A program made the position numbers and the translations under genes. This document shows positions 25,459 to 37,518 of a DNA stretch of 54,964 nucleotides, in pieces; position 1 is the first letter of the stretch, and every line of letters begins with the position of its first letter. Location of the stretch: assembly GCA_001724265.1 (NCBI GenBank), contig MEDY01000364.1:1-54964 (forward strand). Direction: 5' to 3'. Source of the stretch: Rhizaria sp. SCN 62-66 (taxonomy: Eukaryota). The notes beneath the pieces were generated by a model. The model was not told the DNA's origin, ran no database searches, and saw only the letters and a list, made by a program, of their open reading frames with translations.

Positions 25459-26588
25459 GATGCTAAAGTATAGCGAGAGGTTGCGAGTAAGTGAGGTGGG
25501 CAGGAGGGGGCAAATGAGAGGTAGAGAGACAGAAATAGACGTTTGAGGAATGATAAAGTCGTAACACATGATATACAACGATATACGCAGAGTGATGTCG
25601 TTTGCAAGACGTTCTGCTTTGTGTGTCACGGGGACAAGAGAGACAACTGACTTGTGGCGCTTAAAGCAGCCTCATGCTGCGGACTATGAAAATGGTCGGG
25701 TCTACCACGCGTTACAGTCACATCCCCAGAGATATACATTTTAAGACTCTAGTCAAGCCATGTTGCGCATTCAAAGGCAATCCAATAAAGTCATATCGAC
25801 GATGAGATTCTTGCACAAGGATCTGGTTTTGAAACCGGGCAGTTGTCGCAGACCGCGACGCCACAAGCACACCGAACAAGTTGCTCTTTCCTTCTTAGGA
25901 GCACTCCAATGTGCTTTAGACGACTTCACTTTAGCTTGTCCGACAAGATCCTCTCACAGTAGTTGTGTTTATTGACATTCAGTTTATTTGAGTGACTCCG
26001 TGTGTCCAGTGGGCAGAATTGAGCGCGCTGCCCAGTCGACACTCAAGGTATTGACCACTTCTAGACTTGCTAGCGACTGACAATAAAAGATGAGACAACC
26101 AAAACAGAGATAGAAGACACGGAAACCTACCAAAATATAATAAAAACGCACACATCATGCTTAAGCAGACGATGTTCCCCGTATAGACCCACTTTTGTCG
26201 GAATGGCAGCGGTAAGATCGGCTTCTCGGGGTGACATTGGAGGTTTGAGAAGAGGGATACAGAAATCTGTCACAAAATCAAAAAATAAATGAAACAATAT
26301 TTGAAGAGACAATCATGTGCCCCCAACTTTTATCGACTCAGTCCGCTATCTTCCCTGGCTGCATGAACAAGCAGGGGTGGTCAAGCCAGAGCAACGGGCG
26401 CGAGCGAACCTAACGGCTATTTTGGGTTACACTTATCGAGCAAACGAAGACAGCTTACAGTGCCGTATACGTCCGTTGTTTCTCTTTAAAACAGGGATTA
26501 CAGGACTTTAACTTCCTTAAAGTATCTAATTTATTTTTTAACTGTCAATAATATTTCCATTTTGCTTCGTTACAGAGCCTGGCGACCG

Positions 26589-27847
26589 ATGTCGAGTTCG
26601 TCGTCGGCTACGCTCCGAGAGTGTATGAAACTCTCGAGCAACAATAAGATCAACAAGCAAAACGCCTGGCACCTAGGCCTCATCGACGTCATGGAGACTG
26701 CCGCGCAGCCCATCGGCGACGACGACGAGGACGACTACGACGGCTTCGACGGCGACGGCGAGAACGCAGCTCCCTCCTTCCTCCCCTCCGCCTCCGCGGG
26801 CGGCCGCGGCGGCCACAAGCAGTCGGACCTGCCCAACTTCCAGCGCGCGGCGGGCGTGCTTGAGGCTGCAGTGAAGATCTACTCTTCGCGCGTCGACGAC
26901 GCCCACAACCTCGTCTACCGCTTCCGCGGCGGCCTCTCCGGCGCGTCCCGCGACGTCATCGACGACAACGACAACGACGACGACGACGACGACTCCGGCT
27001 CCGCCGCCGCGGCCGCCGTCAAAGCCAAGAAGGACGCCGCCCTGCGCCGCGGCGGCAAGACCCTCGAGCTCCGCGCGGGCGCGCTCAACTTCCCCGTGGA
27101 CATGAACCTGCGGTTGGATCCGCTGTTCGAGAAGACGAGCGCGGCGATGGACCAGCGCAAGGCCGCGTCGCTGCTGCTCAACACGCTCACCGTCGCGCGC
27201 GGCTGCCGCGTCATGTTCGACAGCTTCGACAACACAAACGCCACGAGCGCCACCGGTGACTCCGCGGCAAGCGCGGCCGCCGACAACGCCAGCGCCAGCG
27301 CGACTGCTGCTGCTTCTGCTCCGTCATCGGTCCTTGCGTCTGTGTCCACCGAGGCCGAGGCCGCGGCGACCGAGGCGGACGCCGCCACCGCTGCCGCCGC
27401 CGCCGCGGCCTCCGCGCTGGCTGCGGCCTCTGCGGCGGCCGCGTTTGCGCGCGCCAGCTCCGCCCAGCAGCTGCAGCTCGACCTGGACCTCTCGCGCCCC
27501 TTCGCGCTCGTCCAGCAGGTGCGTCATTTACGAAACAATATTCGCGAATTTTAGCGATTATTTTGGTATTGTATTTCAATGTGGAGTTATCAAAAGCTTT
27601 TTGTTGTTGTTGTTGAAACAATGTATTCACTCACGATCTATTGATGCGTGTTTCTTCTTCTTCTTCTTCTTCTTCTTCTTCTTCTTCTTCTTCTTCTTCT
27701 TCTTCCCTTCGCTGCTCACCTCTCCCCAGGCCGCCGGCCCTGCCCCGCTGACTGCGCTGCCGCTCACGCTGGACCTGGAGGCCTTCCGCCGCGACATCGC
27801 GCTGCTCAAGACCACGGTTGATGAGACGGCCACCAGCACCACCGCCA

Positions 27848-27905
<58 letters not shown>

Positions 27906-30692
27906 TGCGACCGGCAGCGGGAAGAAAAGCAGCAGCAGCAAGAAGGCCGACGTGTCACACACACACGACGCCGACGAGCACAAACGCCCCGTCCCGACGT
28001 ACACGGGCGACGATGACGACGAGGATTACGACGACAACAGAGGCTTCGAGGCCAACCAAAGCTACTACTCGTGCCCTTCGGCCGCGACAGTGCGCCTGCT
28101 GCCTTCGATCTCGCCCGCTGACCACAGCGCCAGCGGCGGCGGCGCAAGCAACAGCAGCCTGGACGAGTCGATGTACTACCGCTTCCAGGCCAACATGGGC
28201 GACGAGACGGTGACGTACACCACGACCTACAGCCTCGGCTTCGGCCCCGCCCCCGCCAGAGCCGGCGCCACCGCGAGCGCCCACGCCGGCACCAACGCCA
28301 ACAGTGCGGAGGCGTACTACGCGGCCGCCGTGGCCGCGGTCTCGGCCGGCGGCGCGGGGCTGACTGCGGGCGGCGGCGGCAGCAACACACTCGCCCACTA
28401 CCTCCCCGCTACCGCGGTCTCTAGCGGCAGCGGCGCCGGCGCCAAGAGCCGCCACGGCGGCGGGGACAGCAGCCTGCCGATGCTCCCGTCGGCGGACTAC
28501 GGCGGCGACGGCGGCGACTTTAGCGATTGCGACGGCGGCTACGGCGGCTTCGGCGACGAGGCCGGGGCCGACAACTCGTTCGACGGGCACAACAGCTCGC
28601 AGATCACGTCGCCCTCGCGCCGCCGCGCCGCCGCCGCTGCGGCTTCTGCTGGCGCCACTAACGCCAACGCCAACGACATCAACACGCTGCTGGCGCAGTC
28701 CGCGACCCCCGCGCACCTGGCGCATGGCACGCGCGGCTTAGCTTCCGGGGGCGGCCTACCTTCCGGACAGGGCAACCTCGCCTCCGCCTTCGCGGACGCG
28801 CTCGACGCCGACTCCAATGACAGTAGCAGCAGCGGCAGCGCCGGCGCGGGCGGCAAGAAGGGCGGCAAGGACGTCTCCGCCGCTCTGCTGGCCGTGACCG
28901 CGGACGCCGGTGCGCTCGCGGGCGCCGACGTCTCGCTGCTCAACGCCTGGCGCGGCGCCAGCTTTTGGCGCTTCAAGGCCAACCGTAGCGCGACCGCTGG
29001 CGCCGGCAGCGGCGCAGGCGAGGACGACGACGCCGCGGGCGGCAAGAAGAAGGCGACCGTGAGCAAGACCAAGGCCGAGAAGGAGGCGGCCAAGCTTATC
29101 GACCTCTCGAGCCTGCTGACCGCGCCTTTGGCCCCAGCGGCCGCCGCACCCGCGGGCAAGACCAAGGCCGCCGACGCCAAGGCCAAGCGCGGCCCCACGC
29201 TGACCAAGAAGGCCCTCGAAGCGCGCGCCGCGGCCGCCGCGTCGGGCTCGCTGCTGCTGCCGGAGGACATCCAGTACGCGCTGTCGAAGCTGCAGACGTT
29301 GGCGACGCGCGCGCACGTGGTGCTGCCGCTGCGCGCGCCCGCCGCGACGCGCGCGCGGCGCCTGCTGGGCCCGCGCAACGACGCTGCTGAGGCGGGCGGC
29401 ATCGCCGCTGACGGGCTGCTGCTCTCGGGCGTCAGCGACGAGGAGAAGGCCGCCGCGGCCGCCGCCGCGCACGCCGCCGCGCTGGCTGACGGCGACGGCG
29501 ACGTGCTGGAGGGCTCCGCGGATGCCGAGGCCGCCCCGGGCGCCGCGGCGCTCGTCGCAGCGATGGCCGGCGACCTGCGCGTCATCGCCGACTCCGAGTC
29601 CAGCAGCGGCGGCGGCAGCGGCGTCGGCGGCGCGGTCAACGGCGGCGACGCGGGCGTGTTCTTCGACATGAATAGCAACCCGTACGACGACGGCGAGAAC
29701 GACCAGGGCGACGACGACGACCTGGGCGGCAGAGACTTCTTCGGCAGCGTCGGCGGCGTCGACGACGACCAGAACGGCAGCGGCAGCGTCGACCTCAACG
29801 CCTCCTTCGTCCCCACCGCCAAAACCCAGCAGCAGACGCAGCAGGGGCAGCAGCAGCAGCAGCGGATGTGGGGTGGCATGCTCGTCCCCGAGGGTTTCAA
29901 GCAAGTCGAGGAGGCGCGCGTGGTTGAGAACGTGCACGTGTCCTACGCGCGCCTCCCGCGCCAGTTCAACGCTAAGGTCATGAAGCGCGAGATCTGGTCA
30001 AAGGTCTCGGACGCGGCCACGGCCACTGCGGTGACCATCACACCCTCGCCGGCCGCGCTCGGCACCGCGGGCCGCGCCACCAGGGCCGCCGCGACTGCTG
30101 AGAGCAGTGCGGCCGAGGCGGCCGAGGCCGAGGCGGAGGGTGCGGCGGCGCGGGCCGCGGCGGGTGTTGTGGAGGAGCGGACCGTGATGGGCGGCAACCA
30201 GGTACGTTGGAGCAAGAGTGTGGTTAGATTCAAAAATTTGATCATTGATACGGAATAATTAACTATAATGCATATTTTTATCCTACAAAATGATTATTAA
30301 CTCACATTATTTCCGAAACTGTTCCTTTTGTTTCTATTTTGCTCCTATGGCACCAACCGCAGGGCCCGGCGCTGGCGTCCGACTTCCGCACGCTCGTGGG
30401 GCACATCGCGGATAAGTCGCTGGACAAGCGCAAGGACAAGGCCAACGTTGCGGCCTGCTTTATCGGACTGCTGCTGCTCGCGAACGAGAAGAACCTCGAG
30501 CTGCGCACGCCCGACGTCGACGGGCCCAAGTACTCGAGCACCGCCAGCGCGAGCGCGAGCTCTCGCGCGAGTGCGGGCGCGGGTGCGGGCGCAGGCACTG
30601 CAGGCGGATGTGTCGGCGACAAGGGGTACGACTTGACCAACTTCAGGATTTTTGCTCCGGTCGGGGATGTGCCTCCCACCGCGGCCGTCTAA
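26589..30692 (+). CDS. NCAPH: Condensin I kleisin subunit CAP-H/Barren/Brn1; exons 26589-27518, 27730-30201, 30363-30692; ~1243 aa
   Basis: CMKLSSNNKINKQNAWHLGLID, NFQRAAGVLEAAVKIYSSRVD, LDPLFEKTSAAMD, LLPEDIQY, VSYARLPRQFNAKVMKREIW, ACFIGLLLLANEKNLEL; ends in TAA. Confidence 0.9.
27652..27705 (+). repeat. (TTC)18 microsatellite in CAP-H intron 1, forming the polypyrimidine tract
   Basis: Directly visible; lies just upstream of the acceptor CAG at 27727-27729. Confidence 0.95.
27855..27903 (+). repeat. (GCC)n coding microsatellite (poly-Ala) in CAP-H
   Basis: Directly visible perfect trinucleotide run. Confidence 0.9.
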
Positions 30693-31473
30693 GGGCGCAT
30701 CAAAGTAGTCTCACAGCAACGAGGCGACGCGACGTTCAAGAGTTGTGTTGATGGTGGAGTGATGTAGCGTGCTTTATAAAGCACGAATATGAATGACTGT
30801 ACCACTGTTGTCTGTGTCAGAAGTAGGTATGTGTGATCGTGATCAGTTTGGCGATGGAAGTATCTCGACGTGGAGTCTAGATCAACCACGCTCACCATCG
30901 CAACATCAATGAGAGTTAATAAGCAAGAAGAAGTTGAGGAGTATATACTGTGCCTAGTGACAAGTAACACTGTGTGACATATAGCACAAGAAACAAAAAT
31001 CTAAATACATGTCCAAAATTATCAAAGTAAACGGAAGACAAAGTAGAATGGTAATAAGCCCAGTTGTGAATGGAGTAATCTCAAGGTTAGCTGCAGCAAG
31101 CAAAGACTAACACGAATGTTAAGATCAAATGGATGTGTATATGAATAAACACGTATCAAAATCAAAACAATTTAAGGATAAACTCATGATATCGACGCGC
31201 AGCCCTGACATCGTACAATGTAATACTAAGTCGTCAGGGTACTGGCACTTACTCACTGTGAAAATAATAAACGTACAATGTACAGTAGTAAATCAACAGA
31301 CAAACAAAACAATATGAAGAAAACAAAAACCATCACATCAAGACTTTGTAACGAAGCTGACAACGTTAGACTCTTGCGAAGATCAAGTATACATGAACGA
31401 AACAAAACAATAAATTAACCATAAGCAGAGCAGAACAACATCAGCCAGACAGGTTCAACAAAGACTGCTAAAC

Positions 31474-34400
31474 TTAGCGCCTGCGCGCCTTGACGGCGGA
31501 CCCAGGCGGCATCAACAAAGCCCCCTGTTGCACCTGCCCTTGACCTGGAGTCTGCACTTGCTGCATTTGCCCCTGCTGCTGAAGCAATGCAGTGATCGCA
31601 TACATCTGCTGCTGCTGTTGCTTGATCACCCCCTCCAGACTCTTCACCTTGACGTCGACGTCGCACAGCTTCGCGAACGCCACCGCCAGGACGGCCAGCA
31701 CCACCGCGCCGACCCACCCCATTCCACCCGCAGCGCCGCCGCTGCCGCCGCCCACTGCAGTCGCCGCAGCCCCGCCGGCGGCGAGCGTGGAGCGCGCTCT
31801 GGTGAGCACGGACTCGAGCACGGCGGCCAGGGCCAGCGAGGCGCCGGCACCCGCGAGCGCGGACAGCATGTGCGACCGCGTCCACTCAGGTCCCGCCGCG
31901 CCGGCGCCAGTCGAGCTCGAGCTCGCGCCAGCGGCGGCGGCGGCGGCGAGGGGGCTGAGCGGCGAGAGCGGGCTCGCGGCGCCGGAGTCCGTCTCGGCCG
32001 CGCCCGGCGCCCCCGCGAACACGGCGGGGGCCGGGGGCGCGCCGGTGGACACCGCGGGGAACGGTGCGGCGGCAGCGGCGGCGGCGGCGGTGGCGGCGGC
32101 CTCGGCGGCGAGGAGCGAGCCGTAGGCGATCTGGCTGGGCGCGTCGGGACGCAGCAGCGGCAGCAGCAGCGGCGCGCGCGCCCCGCCGACCTTAATCTCG
32201 CCCGTGGCGGCGTCGCGCGCGGCCCGGAGCACGGAGTTCCAGTGCGCGAAAACGTTGGCCCAGTCCTTGCCGCCGTCAGTGCGCGCGCGCCCCAGCAGCG
32301 TCGACACGAAGGGGCGGAAGCGCAGCGGCTTCTTGAGTACGTTTGCGCACAGCATGACCTTGCCGACGCAGCCCGTGATGGCGCCCGTGGCCGGGTCCAC
32401 CGTGTCGGCGAGCTCCATGTGCTCCAGGATGTGGAAACACTCGCCGAACGGCGCGTCGGGCGTCAGCGACGACATGTCCAGGTGCAGCCGCAGCACGGGC
32501 ACCCCCGCCTCGGTACTATGGGTCCCCGGGAGCGTGTTGGCGACGGACTTGGCGGGCGTCGGCGCGTGCTCGAACAGACTGGCGCGCTGGTACTTGTACA
32601 TCATGCACCGCTCGGGCCCGATCGGCGAGCCCAGGTACACATTGGCACTCACAGCACGCTCGGCGCAGGCCAGCGCGCCGACGTTGCTGAGGGCGCGGAC
32701 GGCCGCCACGGGCGCGTTGAGCGCGCGGGGGGCGACCGACGGCGCGGGGGGCTGGCCAGGTGCGCCTGCGTCGATGGCGCTCTCGACCCAGCGCGAGAGC
32801 TCGATCGTGTGGTCCTTCTTGAACTCGGCGTGCAGCTTGACGAAGTTGTAGCTGGCCGCGTCGGCGAAGAAGAAGGACCAGAACTGCGCCACGGAGACAG
32901 GGAACGCGGCCTCCGTGACGAAGGTAAGCTCGACGTCGGGCGCGGGCGCGATGCCCGGCAGGGACGGCACCGGAGGCATGCGCGCCGCGGGCGCGGACAC
33001 GCGCGGCGGCCACGGCGCGGGCGCAAGCAGGTTGATCAGAGGCACGCCGTCGCTGGGAACCGCAGCTGCAGCAGCAGCAGCAGGGGCAGCAGCGGCGGCC
33101 ACAGGGGTGGCGGCGGCCGAGCTTGAGCTCGCACTCGTGGTGTTGGCGGTGGAGTTGGCGGTTGAGTTGGCGTTGGCGAGGAGAGTCGCCGCAGAGACGA
33201 GCGGAGCATTCGGGTTAGGACTGAGAGGAGAGTTGGCATAAGCGCCTGCGACAGCCGCCGAGGCGGAGGCGACCGGCGTGCGCACGCCTTCAGTGGCCCC
33301 GTTGCCGACGACGCCAGCGAGCGGACTGCTGCTGCCGCTCGAACTCGCAGACGCGCTGCCAGCCGCCCCGCCGGCGCTGCCGTCAGTTCCGGTGCCGTTG
33401 GGGGCCGCGGGGCCGCCATCGGCCGCGGCGTCGGCCGCGGTGGCGGCGAGCAGCGTGGCCAGCTCCAGCGCGCGGCCCAGCGGCATGCCGGTGAGCATGA
33501 GTCCGCGCACGAGCTCCAGAGTGTCGCCGTTGCCGTCGGCGCCGCCCGCCGCGCCCGCGCCCGTGGCCCCGTTGGCGCCGCCGCCGCCGCCGACCGCCGC
33601 GGCGGCCGCCGCAATGGACGTGTAGGCCGACGACGGCGACACTGCGCCCGCGCTCTTGCCGCCGCCGCCGCTGCTGGCGGCGACGGCGGAGGGCAGCAGG
33701 CGCAGCGGCAGCGAGAGCGCGAGCGTGGGCTGCGTGTTGCGGTCACCGTATAGCACGCGCAGCCCGTTGACGCCGCCGGGCGCCTCGGAGCCCGGGAGGT
33801 TCGCGCTGCTCGCGCCCGCCATCGCGTTGCTGTTGCTGTTGTTGGAGGCGGAGGGCGGGCGCGTGACGCAGAGGCGCGCGACGGCGGCGCGCGGCACGCA
33901 GAAGGCGAGCTGGTGACCGAACAGGAAGCCCTGGAAGCAGAGGTGCGTCGCCGTGAGGTACAGCGTGCCGGGCACCGTGGCCGCGAGGGCCAGCTCGCAG
34001 GGGAACGACTGCACCGCGCCTGCCAACGCAGCAGCGCTGGCACTGGGCTGCGACACGCTGCCGGCAGCGCCGCCCGAGCCTACGCTCGCGTTGCTGGGAA
34101 TGGCGTGGGGAAACAGCAGGGAGACGACCTCGGCAGCAGTCAGCGCGCTCGCGAAAGCGGCGGCGTCGACCACGGTCGTGAGGCGGGGCAGGCCGCCGAC
34201 CAGCCCCGCGCCCGCGTTCGCGGCTGCTGTCCCGTTTGCAGCATGGCTCTTGGGGAGGTTGCTGCTATCGGCCGCCACGCCCGTGCCGCTGCCGTTGTTG
34301 CTGCCCTCGCCGGTGGCGGCCTGCACGTCGGCGTTGCTGGCGCCGTAGGAGCGGCGGCGGTTGGCCTTGTAGACGTTGGCGGCGGTGACCGCGTCGACGG

Positions 34401-35529
34401 GGACCGGCAGGGCGGCCACACTCATATTCGCGCCGTCAGAAACCGCGCTTGCACTCGTGCTGGCGCTGTCGTCGACGCTGTTACTCTGCGTGTTGAGCTT
34501 GCCCGCCGCGTTGCTGAACCGCGACTGCGAGCGGCTTCGAGAGCGCGAGTTAGAGCGCGACCGGGACCGTGTCTTGTTGGCGGGATTGCTGCTGACCCCG
34601 TGACCGTGACTATTGACCTCGCCGACAGTGACAACTGGCGCAACGCTGGAGCTCGAGCTGCTGTTGCCGCTGCCGCTGACGCCGTTGCCGTGTCCGTGCG
34701 TGTGCGCCGTCAGCAGCGGCAGCGGCGCGCCGGTCACGAGTAACGCATGCGTGCCCTCGCCGGGGCCGGTGATTCGCGGGAGGCGCGGGCGCAGGCTGGC
34801 CAGCGCGGCGGCCGCGGCCAGCGACGCCGATGTCACGGGGGGCGCCGTCGCCGTAATGCCGGCGGGCGCGGCCTTGTACAGCGCGCCGTCGGCGTTCTAG
34901 CTCTGGCTCGAGGCGTGGGCTCTCTCGGTTGTCAGGGAACGCTCGGCGGCAGCCTTGTCGGCGGCGATGGCGGCCAAATGCTTGTTGACGTGCGCGGTCA
35001 CAAGCGAGAGCATCAGCGCGTCGCTGTCGGCCGCGGCGGCGCTCGAGGGCGCGATACGGTGCAGCACGCGCAGAAGCAGCAACAGATCGGAGGAGCGCGC
35101 GAGGCCGAAGACCCAGCGGAGCGCGCCCGACGTCACGATGAGCACGGCGTCCGTGTCCGAGCGCGGGTCAAGGCGCGGGACAGAGCGCGGCGCCGGGCGC
35201 GGGACCCAGAGCGGGTTGGCGTCGAAAGCGGCGTCGAGCGAGGCGTAGGCGGCGACGCGGATGTCGTCACCGACCGAGACTGAGGCGCGGTAGTTGAGGA
35301 AGTCTTCGGCGGCCTTGGGCGGGCGGTCGTAGAAACGCATGCGGAAAGGCGCGTCGGGGAGAGCCATGGCCGCGGGGAGCTCGTCGACGATGAGCGTCTG
35401 CGACACCCACTGAAACGCAGCGGCCGCGGGGAGGATGTTGGCGTGCGAGTGGGCCGACGCGCGCGGGGGCTTGCTTTCCTGCAGGAGACTGACGAAGAGA
35501 CCCGCGAGGATCGACAGGTCCGAGGACAT
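31474..35529 (-). CDS. GRAM + VASt (StART-like) domain sterol-transfer protein (LAM/GRAMD1/VAD1-like) with C-terminal TM and coiled coil; one in-frame TAG; ~1351 aa
   Basis: GRAM-like SFPCELALAATVPGTLYLTATHLCFQGFLFG; VASt-like FPVSVAQFWSFFF...TPDAPFGECFHI; hydrophobic WVGAVVLAVLAVAF. ORFs 34897-35883 and 31474-34836 are in one frame separated by TAG at 34899-34897; ends in TAA. Start inferred. Confidence 0.78.
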
Positions 35530-36320
35530 GTGCGCGCGGTCTCTGAGCGCGGTATGATGCAAAAAATCAAGCGAATGGGGGAAGTTGAGACGGACGGAGG
35601 GCATGACATAGGTGGGTGAGAAAGAGCGACGTCGCATTAAAAAGGAGGGTTTGCAGAAGGAGCGCGATAAGACGCAAGACGTATCCTTGAGGATAAAAAA
35701 ATATAGCTTCTTAAATTTAACTACACGAGATAGTTGTGGTACAGCGGACAGGCCCGGTTGGCGTTCTGACAATAGAGTATATCTCATTTGCGAATCACGT
35801 GTAGCCCTCCTCCAAGACCGGCGGCTCATGACTGAGGCAACCCAATCTGGCAGCCATCTGTCCTGTCTCTCTTCAAGTGCCAAAACTAATTATCGAAGTT
35901 AAGGACTGAAGACATGACTTTTTTGGAATAATTCTGCCGATTAGAATAGGAATTGCTTGCTTATGTAATATAACTTGATAACGCTTTCTATTGAGCTCTA
36001 TTTGTCGAGTTCTCTTGAATCATCAAGTTGGGTTTTGCACGATTTCTGCACCTAGTTTCAAGTTTTCTTATGTTGAGACTACTGGAAAGAAACAAGAGGT
36101 ATATCGACATAGAGCAGAAATGAGATAAAAAATAGTTGTTCAAATAGTTTCTGCAAGTTACAGCATCATATGTGCACAACTTGATAGGCTGTTCTTGCAG
36201 TTCAGTCTTGTCTTCAACTATCCCAGCATCACTGCAGCGGATGTGGAAGAATTCGACTGTGCAGACTCCTATTATGGCCAACTGTTGCTATCTCGTTACT
36301 GTCGTAGCAACCCATGGTGA

Positions 36321-37258
36321 CTAACGAGTATCTTAAATCCTACATCGGCGACAGACTGGCATGTTGCTAACGTTGCGTTCGCGCTTCGTCTCACTCCTAA
36401 CACTTCCGGTATCTCATTGAATCTTGACAAGCCAAGCTCAACAGTGACGCCTAAGACACCGCGGTTTGCGAATGCGCTCAAAATTATCCCGGGCTTTGCA
36501 CTGGCGGTTGAGACATGGGCAATCCAACGCTTTGGCAAGCGCAGTGTCATAAACAATGGCGTTGAATGCATGTTATAAAAAGATGCCGTGCACAAGGCAA
36601 TATCGCTTCTCTCACATCCGTTGTTTGCCAACGCTTTTCTTAATGATATGCCATCCGTGACTCATCCTTTTAGCTACCTTGGTGGGCTGTACTGTGAGGT
36701 AATGGGTGTGCTGTATAAGAGTGCGCTTGGCGGGATTTTTCACGACGGGATTGCTCGAGATAATTTTTTGGACGCCCTCGGCACACTGCTCTCAATGTGC
36801 GTTTATCACGTGGACCGAATACAGATTCTTTTCCCGATTTCTCATAGATGACCAGATCTTCACCCTTAGCGTTGAGTCCTATTGTGTTTCGCATCGCGAC
36901 AGAGCCGTATTCTTCGGACTTCGTGGCAGAGAGGAATGCTTCGAACAAAGCTTTGCTTGTTTGGTTGCCATTGGATCTTGTGCAAAATGCTAGCATGATA
37001 GTGCGAGGATAGATGCATGTTTTATCGCACAATTGGGTCTTTGGTATCGAGTTCGCTTCGTTCCCTGCCGTCCCTGTGCTGGTAGGTTCTTGTACGCAAC
37101 TCAACTCGCTCTCCACCATCAGAGTTGTACGGGAACATACCGGCACAGGGTTAAACGACTTCCATGGACAATAGATTTTATGTAATAGTTGTAAAATCAA
37201 GCTGTGTATCTGCACAGTAAGTAAAATAGGAAATGACGATGGATTTCTCTCAGTATGA
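36321..37258 (+). pseudogene. Possible decayed coding sequence of unknown family
   Basis: One frame is open 36321-36848 except for a single TAA. A second frame is open 36764-37258 with only TAG interruptions. No recognisable motif. Confidence 0.25.
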
Positions 37259-37518
37259 CTGCGTGAAATCTTGCATGCAATGGGTGTTAAGATTCCACCA
37301 CAAACGCAATTTTGTTGCCGCAAGATCTTGTCTTGCGCAGAAGAAGAAGAGGAAGAAGAAGAGGCGAACATTACCTCGTGTTTAAGAATGAAAAGTGCGA
37401 TGAGCAATTTAACCCGAGCGGCTTTATACCATATTTATTTTCTGAGTGTCAAATCACTCAAATTACACCCATGCGCCACATTTCTTGTACACAACTACTT
37501 CATGCAGGCAGCCTGAAG

